From contig MPNI01000002.1 of assembly GCA_002238945.1 (NCBI GenBank), positions 72,855 to 136,854 on the forward strand: a stretch of 64,000 bases of DNA, written 5' to 3'. Positions 27,161-35,610 of the stretch are shown here, piece by piece (position 1 is the stretch's first letter; every line of letters begins with the position of its first letter). Origin of the DNA: Proteobacteria bacterium bin106 (GTDB lineage: Bacteria; Bdellovibrionota_B; Oligoflexia; Oligoflexales; Bin106). Made by a program: the position numbers and the translations under genes. The notes under the pieces are model-generated. The model saw nothing but the letters and a program-made list of their open reading frames with translations, was not told the origin of the DNA and made no database searches.

Positions 27161-28702
27161 ATGCATCAACGCTCCTCCACCCGGATTATTTGGAACCTAT
27201 CAGCCAGGCAACTGCTTAACTCAAAAGTAGGTTGTTGTCTTATCGGAGCCGGTGATAAGCCTGAGGTCAACAAACCGCCATTCATCCAATGGCCCCATGG
27301 CTTATGCATTGAATCGTCTCAAAGACACAAAAAAGAGACCTTATCTTATCTCCATAAAATGCGTACTTACTTTGCCTCACTGCAAAGCCCTATGCCTGCA
27401 CTTATGCTCTCATTTCGCAAAACACCTAAAGGGCACGTGCTCTCTGAGAGCCAAGATGTGACAACAGGTCAAACCATCATGATCTACGCCTCAAACCAAA
27501 CCCGTCAACACAGTCAACATAGTCGTCAACACAGTCAACATAGTCGTCAACATAATAAACCACAAAACAACTCTCCTTTGTGCCCATCAGTTGTGGTTTC
27601 TATGCAAGACTTTGCAAGTGTGCGTTGTGGTGATGAGCTTTATTTTGGCTATGGAGATTGTGTTGTTAAGGCTTTAGAGGTTAAAGAAAAAAGCCTCTTA
27701 GCTGAAGTGGTATCCCAAGGTACCATCCATACTGAAGCTTCCTTTGTTGTGGATGTCTCTGACGAAACCACAGAAAACCTCTTAGAGCAACACATCAGTG
27801 CCGGAGAGCTTAAACAGGTCGGTGTGAATTATCTCATGTTACCCGGCTCGCTATCACCAAAAACCGTTAAAACTTTACGCCGGCATCTTAGGCGAGATGA
27901 TGAAACCTCTCCATGGCTGATCTTTCGCATCGATTCCAAACAGGCTATTAAGCGCTTTCGCGCTGTTGAAGAGGATGTTGATGGGGTGATGATCTCAAGA
28001 CGAGATCTTGCTCTCACAGAAAATCCTGACATGCTGCCTATTCTTACCAAAGAATTGATTGCCCGCTGTCGCTATAAAGCCAAACTAGCCATTGTTGCCT
28101 CTCATATGTTGGGCTCCATGAGACAACAGGTCACACCTACCCGTGCAGAGGTGAGTGATATCGCTTATGCGGTTTTTGATGGAGCTGATGCCATCACTCT
28201 TCCTGAAAAAACCCTCATAGGCCCTTATGGAACCACTGCCACCGAAGTTGCCTCACGAGTCATTGAAGATGTCACCTCCAATCGTTCAACGTTACATCAT
28301 CATCATAACAAACTGCGAGATGTGGATCCTTCAGATATGGAAATGGATGTGATCTGTATCGAAGCTGCAAAAACAGCTCTACACATTAACGCTAAGGCCC
28401 TTGTCTGTATAACCAAAACCGGAAATACCGCCCTGCGTCTTTCCAGTATTGATATAGGACTGCCCATTATCGCTATCACTTTCCATGAAACCATCTCCCG
28501 TAAGCTGCAACTCCTCAGAGGAGTGGAAAGTCTTGTGCTCAAATCCAACCCAGGAGTAGATAAAATATTGCCACGTATCAATGAACTCATCAAAGCCATG
28601 GGATGGCTTAAAAAAGGCGATAAAATTGTCTTTGTTACGGTCACTCTTTCTTCCATGAGTGATGAAGCCAGTAACCTCTTTACGGTCCAAAATATCTATT
28701 GA
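27161..28702 (+). CDS. pyruvate-kinase-like protein with degenerate catalytic motifs
   Basis: PTRAEVSDIAYAVFDGADAITL, SHMLGSM and MISRRDLALTE align to PK motifs (PTRAE.SDVANAV.DG.D..ML, TQMLESM, MVARGDLGVE). The N-terminal K+/substrate motifs are not conserved. Contains an RQHSQHS repeat. Confidence 0.6.
   Translation: MHQRSSTRIIWNLSARQLLNSKVGCCLIGAGDKPEVNKPPFIQWPHGLCIESSQRHKKETLSYLHKMRTYFASLQSPMPALMLSFRKTPKGHVLSESQDVTTGQTIMIYASNQTRQHSQHSRQHSQHSRQHNKPQNNSPLCPSVVVSMQDFASVRCGDELYFGYGDCVVKALEVKEKSLLAEVVSQGTIHTEASFVVDVSDETTENLLEQHISAGELKQVGVNYLMLPGSLSPKTVKTLRRHLRRDDETSPWLIFRIDSKQAIKRFRAVEEDVDGVMISRRDLALTENPDMLPILTKELIARCRYKAKLAIVASHMLGSMRQQVTPTRAEVSDIAYAVFDGADAITLPEKTLIGPYGTTATEVASRVIEDVTSNRSTLHHHHNKLRDVDPSDMEMDVICIEAAKTALHINAKALVCITKTGNTALRLSSIDIGLPIIAITFHETISRKLQLLRGVESLVLKSNPGVDKILPRINELIKAMGWLKKGDKIVFVTVTLSSMSDEASNLFTVQNIY
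27504..27557. repeat. 21-nt tandem repeat (cgtcaacacagtcaacatagt x2.6), in frame
   Basis: Read directly; encodes RQHSQHS-RQHSQHS-RQHN. Confidence 0.9.
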
Positions 28703-28876
28703 TATCCGTGATATCAAATAGCACACTCACTCATCACCTTGACCTTTCTTGCCGACCATGATAGTCTGGCGTGCCTATCTTGGAAAAGATGGTGGTGCTT
28801 AGAAAAAAGCACTTTCACCACAACTTCCATAAGGCTAACCCAACTCCAACATTTACCATCGCCGAGAGTCTTTCAT

Positions 28877-30409
28877 ATGCTACGTTCATGCGAACTTTTT
28901 GCTGTCTTTCTGATATTACTGAGTTTATCCATTGATCACACTTACGGACAAAACAATCCCTCATCAGCACGTTCTTATCTTGATGATATTTTTGAATCAG
29001 GTGGTGCCTTAGATCAAGAACCAATAACAGATAGATCAGCTTCTTTTTTCTCTGCATTTTTGCCAAACCAGCAATTTGTATTAAATCCTAACTATAACAA
29101 TAAACGCCCAGCAGTAAGAATTCGTTTTCTACAATCGGTACACTTTGATGCAGGACCTTCACTCCAAAAACGTACTTCCTCTCTTAAAGTCACATTGATC
29201 GGAACACAGCAACAAACCAGCACAGATGAGCAAGGACGCCTTATAATCAGCAACCTTCCTCCAGGAAGTGAATTTCTCTTAGCTTCAGGAGAAGATATTA
29301 CCTATAAGCCCATGCTTCACAGAGTGATTGTACCCACAGCCATAGACGAAGAAGACACACCTATGATCTCACTAGAACAGATCACCACAGAGCATTTTAA
29401 CTCATGGCTTGAAGCTGTGGGTATAAAAGAAGAAAACAACCGTGGGCATATTTGTGGAAAAGTGTCATGGCAAAGTCATCAAAACACCAACAAAACTTTT
29501 CGAAAAAACTTTAAAGTTTCTATTTTTCAAAGCTCCGTTCAACCTATCTACTTTGATGCCAATGGTCAGGTTAATTTAGACCTTAAAGCCACTTCCTCTT
29601 CAGGAAAATTCTGCTTCTTCAATCACCCAGCAGAATCTGTGCTCTTAAGTGTTGCGTTTAATGATGTAAGCGCTCCCCTAAGAACCTTAAGTGCCGTATT
29701 TGCAGGCTACACCACCTCTATCGATATCATCAATGTAGCTGAACCTTCTCCTTATGACATCACATATTTACATGGAGGTTCAGCCACCGATTTAACCCTT
29801 CATGTCCCACAACCACAATTCCTTCATACCCAACCACAACCATCCACCAGACCCTTACATGTCATTGAAGGACAGATCAAACACAACCGCGCGCAACCAC
29901 AAACTGGCACCAAAGTATCTCAATTACGTGACGCTAATAGTGTCTCGTTATCTCTTCATACAGCTGCCCGAAGACCCACTGTTAGCACCACAAACCCTCT
30001 TTGGGAAAGTGCTCTAAGCACCATCCCTCCTATGGACGCCACAGATCATCATTTCCTCTTAGTCTTCCCCAAAAGCACCTTTTCTGAACTTGCTCACATG
30101 ATTGGAGCAGGGTTCATAGAAAATCTATCCTCTTTGATAATCACTCATGGTCTTAAGCCTCAAGAAAAAAACATCTCTGTTATAAGTGAGCTATGGGATG
30201 AAAGAGGACTGGTGAAAAAACACGACTGGCTACGTGTCCATGACAATGACGTATTACACGCTGCTTTCTTTAATCTTTATCCTGGCCGTTATCAGTGGCT
30301 TCTCAAATCTGAAAACGGTTATTGGTTAGACAGTCGTGTTGTGGATATTTTAGAAAGAATTCATCACTCTGTACAATCAGGAAGACAGTACATACTCACA
30401 GAAAAGTAA
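28877..30409 (+). CDS. secreted protein with carboxypeptidase-regulatory-like beta-sandwich domain(s)
   Basis: The ATG at 28877 gives signal peptide MLRSCELFAVFLILLSLSIDHTYG|Q. The segment LKVTLIGTQQQTSTDEQGRLIISNLPPGSEFLL resembles CarboxypepD_reg. The ORF track starts at TTG 28739. Confidence 0.5.
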   Translation: MLRSCELFAVFLILLSLSIDHTYGQNNPSSARSYLDDIFESGGALDQEPITDRSASFFSAFLPNQQFVLNPNYNNKRPAVRIRFLQSVHFDAGPSLQKRTSSLKVTLIGTQQQTSTDEQGRLIISNLPPGSEFLLASGEDITYKPMLHRVIVPTAIDEEDTPMISLEQITTEHFNSWLEAVGIKEENNRGHICGKVSWQSHQNTNKTFRKNFKVSIFQSSVQPIYFDANGQVNLDLKATSSSGKFCFFNHPAESVLLSVAFNDVSAPLRTLSAVFAGYTTSIDIINVAEPSPYDITYLHGGSATDLTLHVPQPQFLHTQPQPSTRPLHVIEGQIKHNRAQPQTGTKVSQLRDANSVSLSLHTAARRPTVSTTNPLWESALSTIPPMDATDHHFLLVFPKSTFSELAHMIGAGFIENLSSLIITHGLKPQEKNISVISELWDERGLVKKHDWLRVHDNDVLHAAFFNLYPGRYQWLLKSENGYWLDSRVVDILERIHHSVQSGRQYILTEK

Positions 30410-30452
30410 TCCAAAAGATGCTTACGCAAACATCATATAAGATATAGAAAAA

Positions 30453-30486
30453 CCCAACCTCAACAAAAGAGATTGGGCTTTTTTTA
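30453..30486. terminator. putative bidirectional intrinsic terminator between convergent genes
   Basis: cccaa-c-ctc / gag-a-ttggg hairpin, flanked by an A-run on the left and T7 on the right, so there is a U-tract on both strands. Confidence 0.5.
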
Positions 30487-30530
30487 TTAAAATATTGATT
30501 CACGTCACACATGTTTAAATCACTGAACAG

Positions 30531-30566
30531 CTTATTGCACAACTTATTGCACAACTTATTGCACAA
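30531..30566. repeat. 12-nt tandem repeat (cttattgcacaa x3) containing the stop codon of the repeat lipoprotein
   Basis: Read directly. On the minus strand it reads gtt gtg caa taa x3, i.e. VVQ-stop three times in frame. Confidence 0.9.
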
Positions 30567-31965
30567 CGAGCACCAACGCTTGATCACCTAAGTAGGATAG
30601 ATCATTAACATTTTTATACAAAGCTAAACACGTACCATAGTGAGAAAAATCAAACTTCGTATTCCGCTCCACAGGTTGGCTGCCTTCTGCAGTCAAGTCA
30701 GATGTGTAATTCCCTGAACTCACTGAGCCCAAGACCACATCAGAACCTTTCATATAGACATTTCCTTGATTAACCTCTAAGCCAAGAGCTTGGGTTATAA
30801 GGCGGCCACTTTTTACCACAAATGTAGCTAAGGTGCTGGCTGTCACTCGATACAGTGAACCAAACAACACTGTGGCAAAACCAGCATAATCCAAAATACT
30901 ACCTTGATCATCTACCTGATTGCTATACAACGTTGTCACATAACGATCTATGACATATTCCCCACCGTCATGATAAATGACCTGATTAACCGCATTTTCA
31001 CACGCCAAATCACCTCTCGTTTCTTGAGCCCACATTCTCACGGTTTCTCCTTGAGCACCAGTGCCTCCTGTCTGTTGTTGCATAGCGCCTTTGCCCTGCA
31101 ATACACCAGCCTTACCTTTACCTTGCGCTACACCGCCTTGAAGAACACCACCCTTACCTTGACCTACGCCACCTTTGCCCTGAAGTACACCACCCTTACC
31201 TTGACCTACACCACCTTTGCCCTGAAGAACGCCACCCTTACCTTGACCTACGCCACCTTTGCCCTGAAGAACACCGCCCTTACCCTGCGCTACACCGCCC
31301 TGAAGAACGCCACCCTTACCTTGACCTACACCGCCTTTGCCTTGAAGAACACCACCCTTACCTTGACCTACACCGCCTTTGCCTTGAAGAACACCGCCTT
31401 GAAGAACACCGCCCTTACCTTGCAATACGCCTCCTTGAAGTACGCCGCCTTTAGTTGGTTCTCCTTTGCCTACAACCACAGCACCTTGCATGACACCGCC
31501 CTGAAGAACACCACCCTTACCTTGACCTACACCGCCTTTGCCTTGAAGTACGCCACCTTTGCCTTGACCTACACCGCCTTTGCCTTGAAGTACGCCGCCC
31601 TTGCCTTGAAGAACACCACCCTTACCTTGCAATACGCCACCTTTACCCTGAAGTACGCCGCCTTTGCCTTGACCTACACCACCTTGCTGGACGACTCCAC
31701 CTTGAAGTACGCCTTTTTGGCTAACCACAGTACCGCTGCTATCTTCAGGAACTTCTTCCACATCCTCAAGAACTTCCTCTGGCTCTTCTTGTTCCTGAAT
31801 TTCTTCAACAGGTGGTGGTGCAGCGGGAGCGTCAGGCTCGTTTGGAGCCAAAGTCTGATCTGCTGACTCACCACAGCTCCACACAATTACGCTAGCAAAA
31901 CACACACAGGCCAGCATTTTATAGGCACTCAAAGTAAACAATTGCCTGTTAACCAATGTTTTCAT
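30556..31965 (-). CDS. lipoprotein with an acidic linker, about 30 Gly-rich heptad repeats and a Cys-bracketed C-terminal domain
   Basis: ATG at 31965 has GGGGAG 8 nt upstream. Signal/lipobox MKTLVNRQ...VIVWSC|G. GKGGV[LG]Q repeats span aa ~87-299. The C-terminal domain is paralogous to CDS 32251..33132. Confidence 0.6.
   Translation of the reverse strand: MKTLVNRQLFTLSAYKMLACVCFASVIVWSCGESADQTLAPNEPDAPAAPPPVEEIQEQEEPEEVLEDVEEVPEDSSGTVVSQKGVLQGGVVQQGGVGQGKGGVLQGKGGVLQGKGGVLQGKGGVLQGKGGVGQGKGGVLQGKGGVGQGKGGVLQGGVMQGAVVVGKGEPTKGGVLQGGVLQGKGGVLQGGVLQGKGGVGQGKGGVLQGKGGVGQGKGGVLQGGVAQGKGGVLQGKGGVGQGKGGVLQGKGGVGQGKGGVLQGKGGVGQGKGGVLQGGVAQGKGKAGVLQGKGAMQQQTGGTGAQGETVRMWAQETRGDLACENAVNQVIYHDGGEYVIDRYVTTLYSNQVDDQGSILDYAGFATVLFGSLYRVTASTLATFVVKSGRLITQALGLEVNQGNVYMKGSDVVLGSVSSGNYTSDLTAEGSQPVERNTKFDFSHYGTCLALYKNVNDLSYLGDQALVLVVQ
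31078..31716. repeat. 21-nt (heptad) tandem repeat array, with a 42-nt higher-order unit in part
   Basis: Near-identical units, read directly, encoding GKGGVLQ/GKGGVGQ with shorter GGVLQ/GGVAQ variants. Confidence 0.95.
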
Positions 31966-32250
31966 ACTTCTCACTCCCCAACCTTTTCATGATTACTGAC
32001 CATCTAAAATCTTTACTTCAGCTCTAATGTCTAATCGTTATCACTGCCTTAATTATGCTGGGCAACGCTTTTGCCAATCTATCCTGCATTTAAAGACCTC
32101 ATGATTCTCGGACAAGCAAGGAAGCAAATAAGTAATATTTTCCTAAGAACTTATTTTTGTTTTTAATATCAATGAGTTAAGCAATAATCCTTGCCGCTTC
32201 TTTGTGGCAGGGATCGGCTAAAAGGGACATAAAAAAAAGCTATTTAGGTG

Positions 32251-33132
32251 TTATTTTAAAGGCGTTGCACGCAAGTAATGCTCTACTTGAGGCAGTTTGG
32301 GTAGAAGTAAAAGAGGCATGCCGCCGGAGAAATAAGCCCCTGCTGCATTTTTATAAGTAGCAAGACATGCTCCATAGGCTGATAAGTTAAGAAGATAGTT
32401 TTCCCCTTCCTCACTTACGGCCTCTTTTTTGATCAACTCACCCAAAGGATGAATATATTCATGACGCTCTGCTCCGTCTGTTGAGGTTCTCACAAACTTC
32501 AACACCAAATAACCTTCTCGCTCACCAACGGAAGCATGACGATACCAATGGCCTGATATCAAATTGCGAAAGCCAGGTATGAATCTATTTCTACGTCCGG
32601 TGACATCTATGTAATAGAATTCAAATCTCTTATGCAACATATGCTTAAACACACTCAATTGCACATATGTTTCAGCCATAGCAAAGGCATAAGAGCCAAT
32701 CTGAATCACCTGATTTGCAGGATCATCACAAGCCTCAGAAACAGGAGCGCGGCTTGCTCTCATGGCTCTGGTGCTCATGGGGTTTGTGCTACCAGCTGGA
32801 ATGTTAGCATTAACGTTTTCTGCTGTCATGTTCGAGCTTATCCCAGTCGGCTCTGTGGAAGGAGGTATCCTACTCGCATCTCTTGGTATTCTTGGCATCC
32901 TAACCACTTCTTCACCCTCCATAGCCACCGGTGGGCGAGAACGTGGTGACATCACCACCGTTTCCCCTCTCATAGGCTCAGCTGCAGCATCAACAAAATC
33001 ACTTTCCGTAACTGTTGGCCCCTGACGACGTGTTATGGGTATATCTCCACAACCACTAACAAGTTCACAAAAAAGCGCACATATGATCAGTGAATGCTTG
33101 CTTTTAGCTGTTGCCATATCTACACAGAACAT
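32251..33132 (-). CDS. lipoprotein, paralog of the 30556..31965 C-terminal domain
   Basis: ATG at 33132 has AAGGAG 6 nt upstream. Lipobox ELVSGC|G. Pro/Arg/Met-rich linker. Shared motifs AC[ED]xxxNQVI and YGxCLAxYKN at the same spacing. Confidence 0.55.
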   Translation of the reverse strand: MFCVDMATAKSKHSLIICALFCELVSGCGDIPITRRQGPTVTESDFVDAAAEPMRGETVVMSPRSRPPVAMEGEEVVRMPRIPRDASRIPPSTEPTGISSNMTAENVNANIPAGSTNPMSTRAMRASRAPVSEACDDPANQVIQIGSYAFAMAETYVQLSVFKHMLHKRFEFYYIDVTGRRNRFIPGFRNLISGHWYRHASVGEREGYLVLKFVRTSTDGAERHEYIHPLGELIKKEAVSEEGENYLLNLSAYGACLATYKNAAGAYFSGGMPLLLLPKLPQVEHYLRATPLK

Positions 33133-33350
33133 ATGAAACTCCTTAACACATCTCTTAAGCTCTTACTTTTAGCCTGGCTCTGTGAAACTCGGCTTAGCCA
33201 AGCAGATCATAAGACAGCGTGCTAGGCGATTTTTTTCGTATCCATCTGATTCATCTTGCAAACAAGCTGCCTAGAAAAGCTTAAAAGATGTTATGTTGTA
33301 GAAAATGTGTTTGAATCATTCAACACCCACACATACTTCTTGATCAAAGC

Positions 33351-35207
33351 TTGAATCATTCACAGGCACTTATGTTCACAGCCCTCAAACAACACCCCCT
33401 TTTTCAACTCTGGCTTAAACGTAAAGATTGGCGACGTAGAAGCGTTGTAGGAGCTGTATTTTCTTCTCTGAACAAGCTCTTTGATATCGCCCCAGAAATT
33501 CTTATTGGCCTTGCTGTAGATACTGTGGTGAATCGAGAAAGCAGTTTTCTTGCTGATATCCTTCATACCTCAGATCTTTTTTCCCAAATCCTCGCCCTTG
33601 GCGCTCTTACATTTCTTATTTGGGGACTCGAGTCTGTTTTTGAGTATTTACAAAAAATCACCTGGCGACGACTGGCACAAAATGTTCAACATGCCTTACG
33701 TATCGAAGCTTTCAGCCAAACCATTCATTATGCATTGAGTTGGTTTGAAAAAGAAACCACCGGAAACTACGTAACAACATTAAATGAAGATATCCATCAA
33801 CTGGAAAGATTTCTTGATGGTGGTATCAACACCATCATTCAACTGATCTGTTCAACGGTTTTTGTGTCATTGGTGTTTTTTTATGTCTCTCCCTTATTGG
33901 GCATTCTCTCTTTAATTCCCATCCCTTTACTCTTTGTGTGGTCTTCTCTATTTCATAAAAAATTACGCACCCTCTATAGCTTTGCACGCAAAGCCTCAGA
34001 AGATGTAGCGGTACGACTTAGTGGAGTCTTTTCAGGTATTGTGGTGATAAAAAGTTTTAATCAAGAAGATAATGAAACCAAAACACTCACCTCATTATCC
34101 AATGCCTATGTGGAAGCTAACCAGAAAGCTATTCTACTCAGCAGTGCTTTCACTCCCACTGTAAGAGTGTTTATTCTGCTGGGTTTTCTTTCCACATTGA
34201 TGGTAGGAGGATATTTGTGTCTTAGCGGAAAAATTGGTGTACCTGCTTACTCCATCGTGGTTTTCCTCACCCAACGCCTACTTTGGCCCTTCACCACCCT
34301 TGCTGAAACCATCGATCAATATCAACGCGCTATGGCTTCAAGTCATAGAGTGATGACATTCCTTTCTCAAAAAACCCAAAACCTCGAAGCAGCACAGCTT
34401 GCCACACCTAGCCCTATAACCAGCCCTATAACTAGCACTATAACTAGCACCCCGCCTTCTGCTTTGACATGTCAAAGCTTGCACTTTAAAGATGTTCACT
34501 TTTCTTACCCAGCATCTGAAAAGCCCACTTTGATAAATGTGAATATTGCAGCAAAAAAAGGTGAAGTGATTGGCATCTGTGGCCCAACAGGCAGTGGTAA
34601 ATCCACTCTTGCCAAACTCTTGCTACAGTTTTATCCACCAGCATCAGGAGGTATTTATTTTGATGATCATCTCACAGGAACAAGTCTACCCCAAGCCATG
34701 CGTCATTCCATAGCTTTTGTTTCACAAGACACGTTCTTGTTCGATGACACCATCGGCCATAACCTACTCTATGGCAATCCTGATGCCACAACGAGCCAAC
34801 TTCAAGAGGTGATGGATTTATGCAAGCTTTCTCCGTGGATAGCCACCTTACAAGAAGGCCTCAACACCGTTATTGGCGAAAGAGGGGTGAAGATATCAGG
34901 AGGACAAAGACAAAGGATATCACTAGCACGAGCATTGCTCAAAAAAGCACCCATTCTCGTCCTCGATGAAGCCACCTCTGCCATCGATAATGATACCGAA
35001 AAAGATATTAATGAGGTGATTTACGGACAAGCAAGCGATAAAATCACGCTCGTCATTGCCCACCGGCTCTCTACCATCAGAGCCGCTCATCGTATTTATG
35101 TGCTTGTAGAAGGGAAAGTTACCGAAACAGGAACCCATCAAGATCTCTGCAACAAACCACAAGGCACTTACCATAATCTGTGGAAACTTCAAACAGGAGA
35201 GTCTTAA
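33351..35207 (+). CDS. ABC exporter, fused permease/ATPase (MsbA-like type I)
   Basis: Six-TM domain, then Walker A GPTGSGKST, signature ISGGQRQR and Walker B ILVLDEATSAID. The linker carries the SPITSPITSTITST repeat. Start is TTG 33351 or ATG 33372. Confidence 0.85.
   Translation: MNHSQALMFTALKQHPLFQLWLKRKDWRRRSVVGAVFSSLNKLFDIAPEILIGLAVDTVVNRESSFLADILHTSDLFSQILALGALTFLIWGLESVFEYLQKITWRRLAQNVQHALRIEAFSQTIHYALSWFEKETTGNYVTTLNEDIHQLERFLDGGINTIIQLICSTVFVSLVFFYVSPLLGILSLIPIPLLFVWSSLFHKKLRTLYSFARKASEDVAVRLSGVFSGIVVIKSFNQEDNETKTLTSLSNAYVEANQKAILLSSAFTPTVRVFILLGFLSTLMVGGYLCLSGKIGVPAYSIVVFLTQRLLWPFTTLAETIDQYQRAMASSHRVMTFLSQKTQNLEAAQLATPSPITSPITSTITSTPPSALTCQSLHFKDVHFSYPASEKPTLINVNIAAKKGEVIGICGPTGSGKSTLAKLLLQFYPPASGGIYFDDHLTGTSLPQAMRHSIAFVSQDTFLFDDTIGHNLLYGNPDATTSQLQEVMDLCKLSPWIATLQEGLNTVIGERGVKISGGQRQRISLARALLKKAPILVLDEATSAIDNDTEKDINEVIYGQASDKITLVIAHRLSTIRAAHRIYVLVEGKVTETGTHQDLCNKPQGTYHNLWKLQTGES
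34410..34448. repeat. 12-nt tandem repeat (agccctataacc x3.3), in frame
   Basis: Read directly; encodes (SPIT/STIT)n in the ABC exporter's TMD-NBD linker. Confidence 0.9.
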
Positions 35208-35229
35208 AACATGGCCTAACAAACACGCC

Positions 35230-35556
35230 TTATCTGCCGTAATAGACCGCAAAGTAATGAAAAGCACCAGCTGCTAACAAAACTACACCCACAAGGACTA
35301 GCACAATCCAAAGCGAAGATTTTGATGTCTTCTTAACAGAGGTTCTTTGGGTAGAAGAAGTCCAATCACCTCCTGAAAAAGAACTTAGCTTTGACATAGA
35401 TGAAGATATTGAGCGAGCGCTTTTACCACTTGCCATTTTTTTGGAAGAACCTCTTGTCTTTGACATAGGCTTTTTTTCAAGACGTTCATCCACCAATTGC
35501 AAGAGCTTTTCGAGCTCTTGTTTCTCATCCAATTGAGGTAGTTCAAATTCCGCCAA
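35230..35556 (-). CDS. small tail-anchored hypothetical protein
   Basis: TTG start, Ser/Lys-rich middle, single C-terminal TM helix WIVLVLVGVVLLAAGAF. Lies downstream of secA. Confidence 0.35.
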   Translation of the reverse strand: MAEFELPQLDEKQELEKLLQLVDERLEKKPMSKTRGSSKKMASGKSARSISSSMSKLSSFSGGDWTSSTQRTSVKKTSKSSLWIVLVLVGVVLLAAGAFHYFAVYYGR

Positions 35557-35586
35557 TTTTACCTCTCAGTAGCTCTTTAGCTCTTA

Positions 35587-35610
35587 TTCTATAGCTAGTT
35601 CTATAGCTAG
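35587..35610. repeat. 12-nt tandem repeat (ttctatagctag x2) spanning the secA stop codon
   Basis: Read directly. The secA TAG (35607-35609) lies in the second copy. Confidence 0.85.

Noticed and set aside
28699-28717. Hairpin ttgatatc-cgt-gatatcaa overlapping the stop codon of the PK-like gene, considered as a terminator.
   Set aside because: The stem is almost entirely A/T and no U-tract follows. The next gene starts within about 160 nt on the same strand. The support is insufficient.
31078-31716. Gly-rich repeats considered as collagen-like or RTX (calcium-binding) repeats.
   Set aside because: The period is 7 residues with Gly at positions 1, 3 and 4, so it is not G-X-Y. There are no Asp residues for a GGxGxD-type Ca2+ site.
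30904-31866. 320-aa plus-strand ORF (TLTLTYATFALK... low complexity).
   Set aside because: It is the antisense reading of the 21-nt Gly-heptad repeat array. The opposite strand has an SD, a lipobox and a conserved paralogous C-terminal domain. This ORF has none of these, so it is a repeat-generated artefact.
32190-32215. Hairpin ccttgcc-N10-ggcaggg downstream of the 32251..33132 lipoprotein gene, considered as a terminator.
   Set aside because: The stem is 7 bp including a G-U pair, and the downstream sequence on the transcribed (minus) strand is A-rich rather than U-rich. This is weak evidence.
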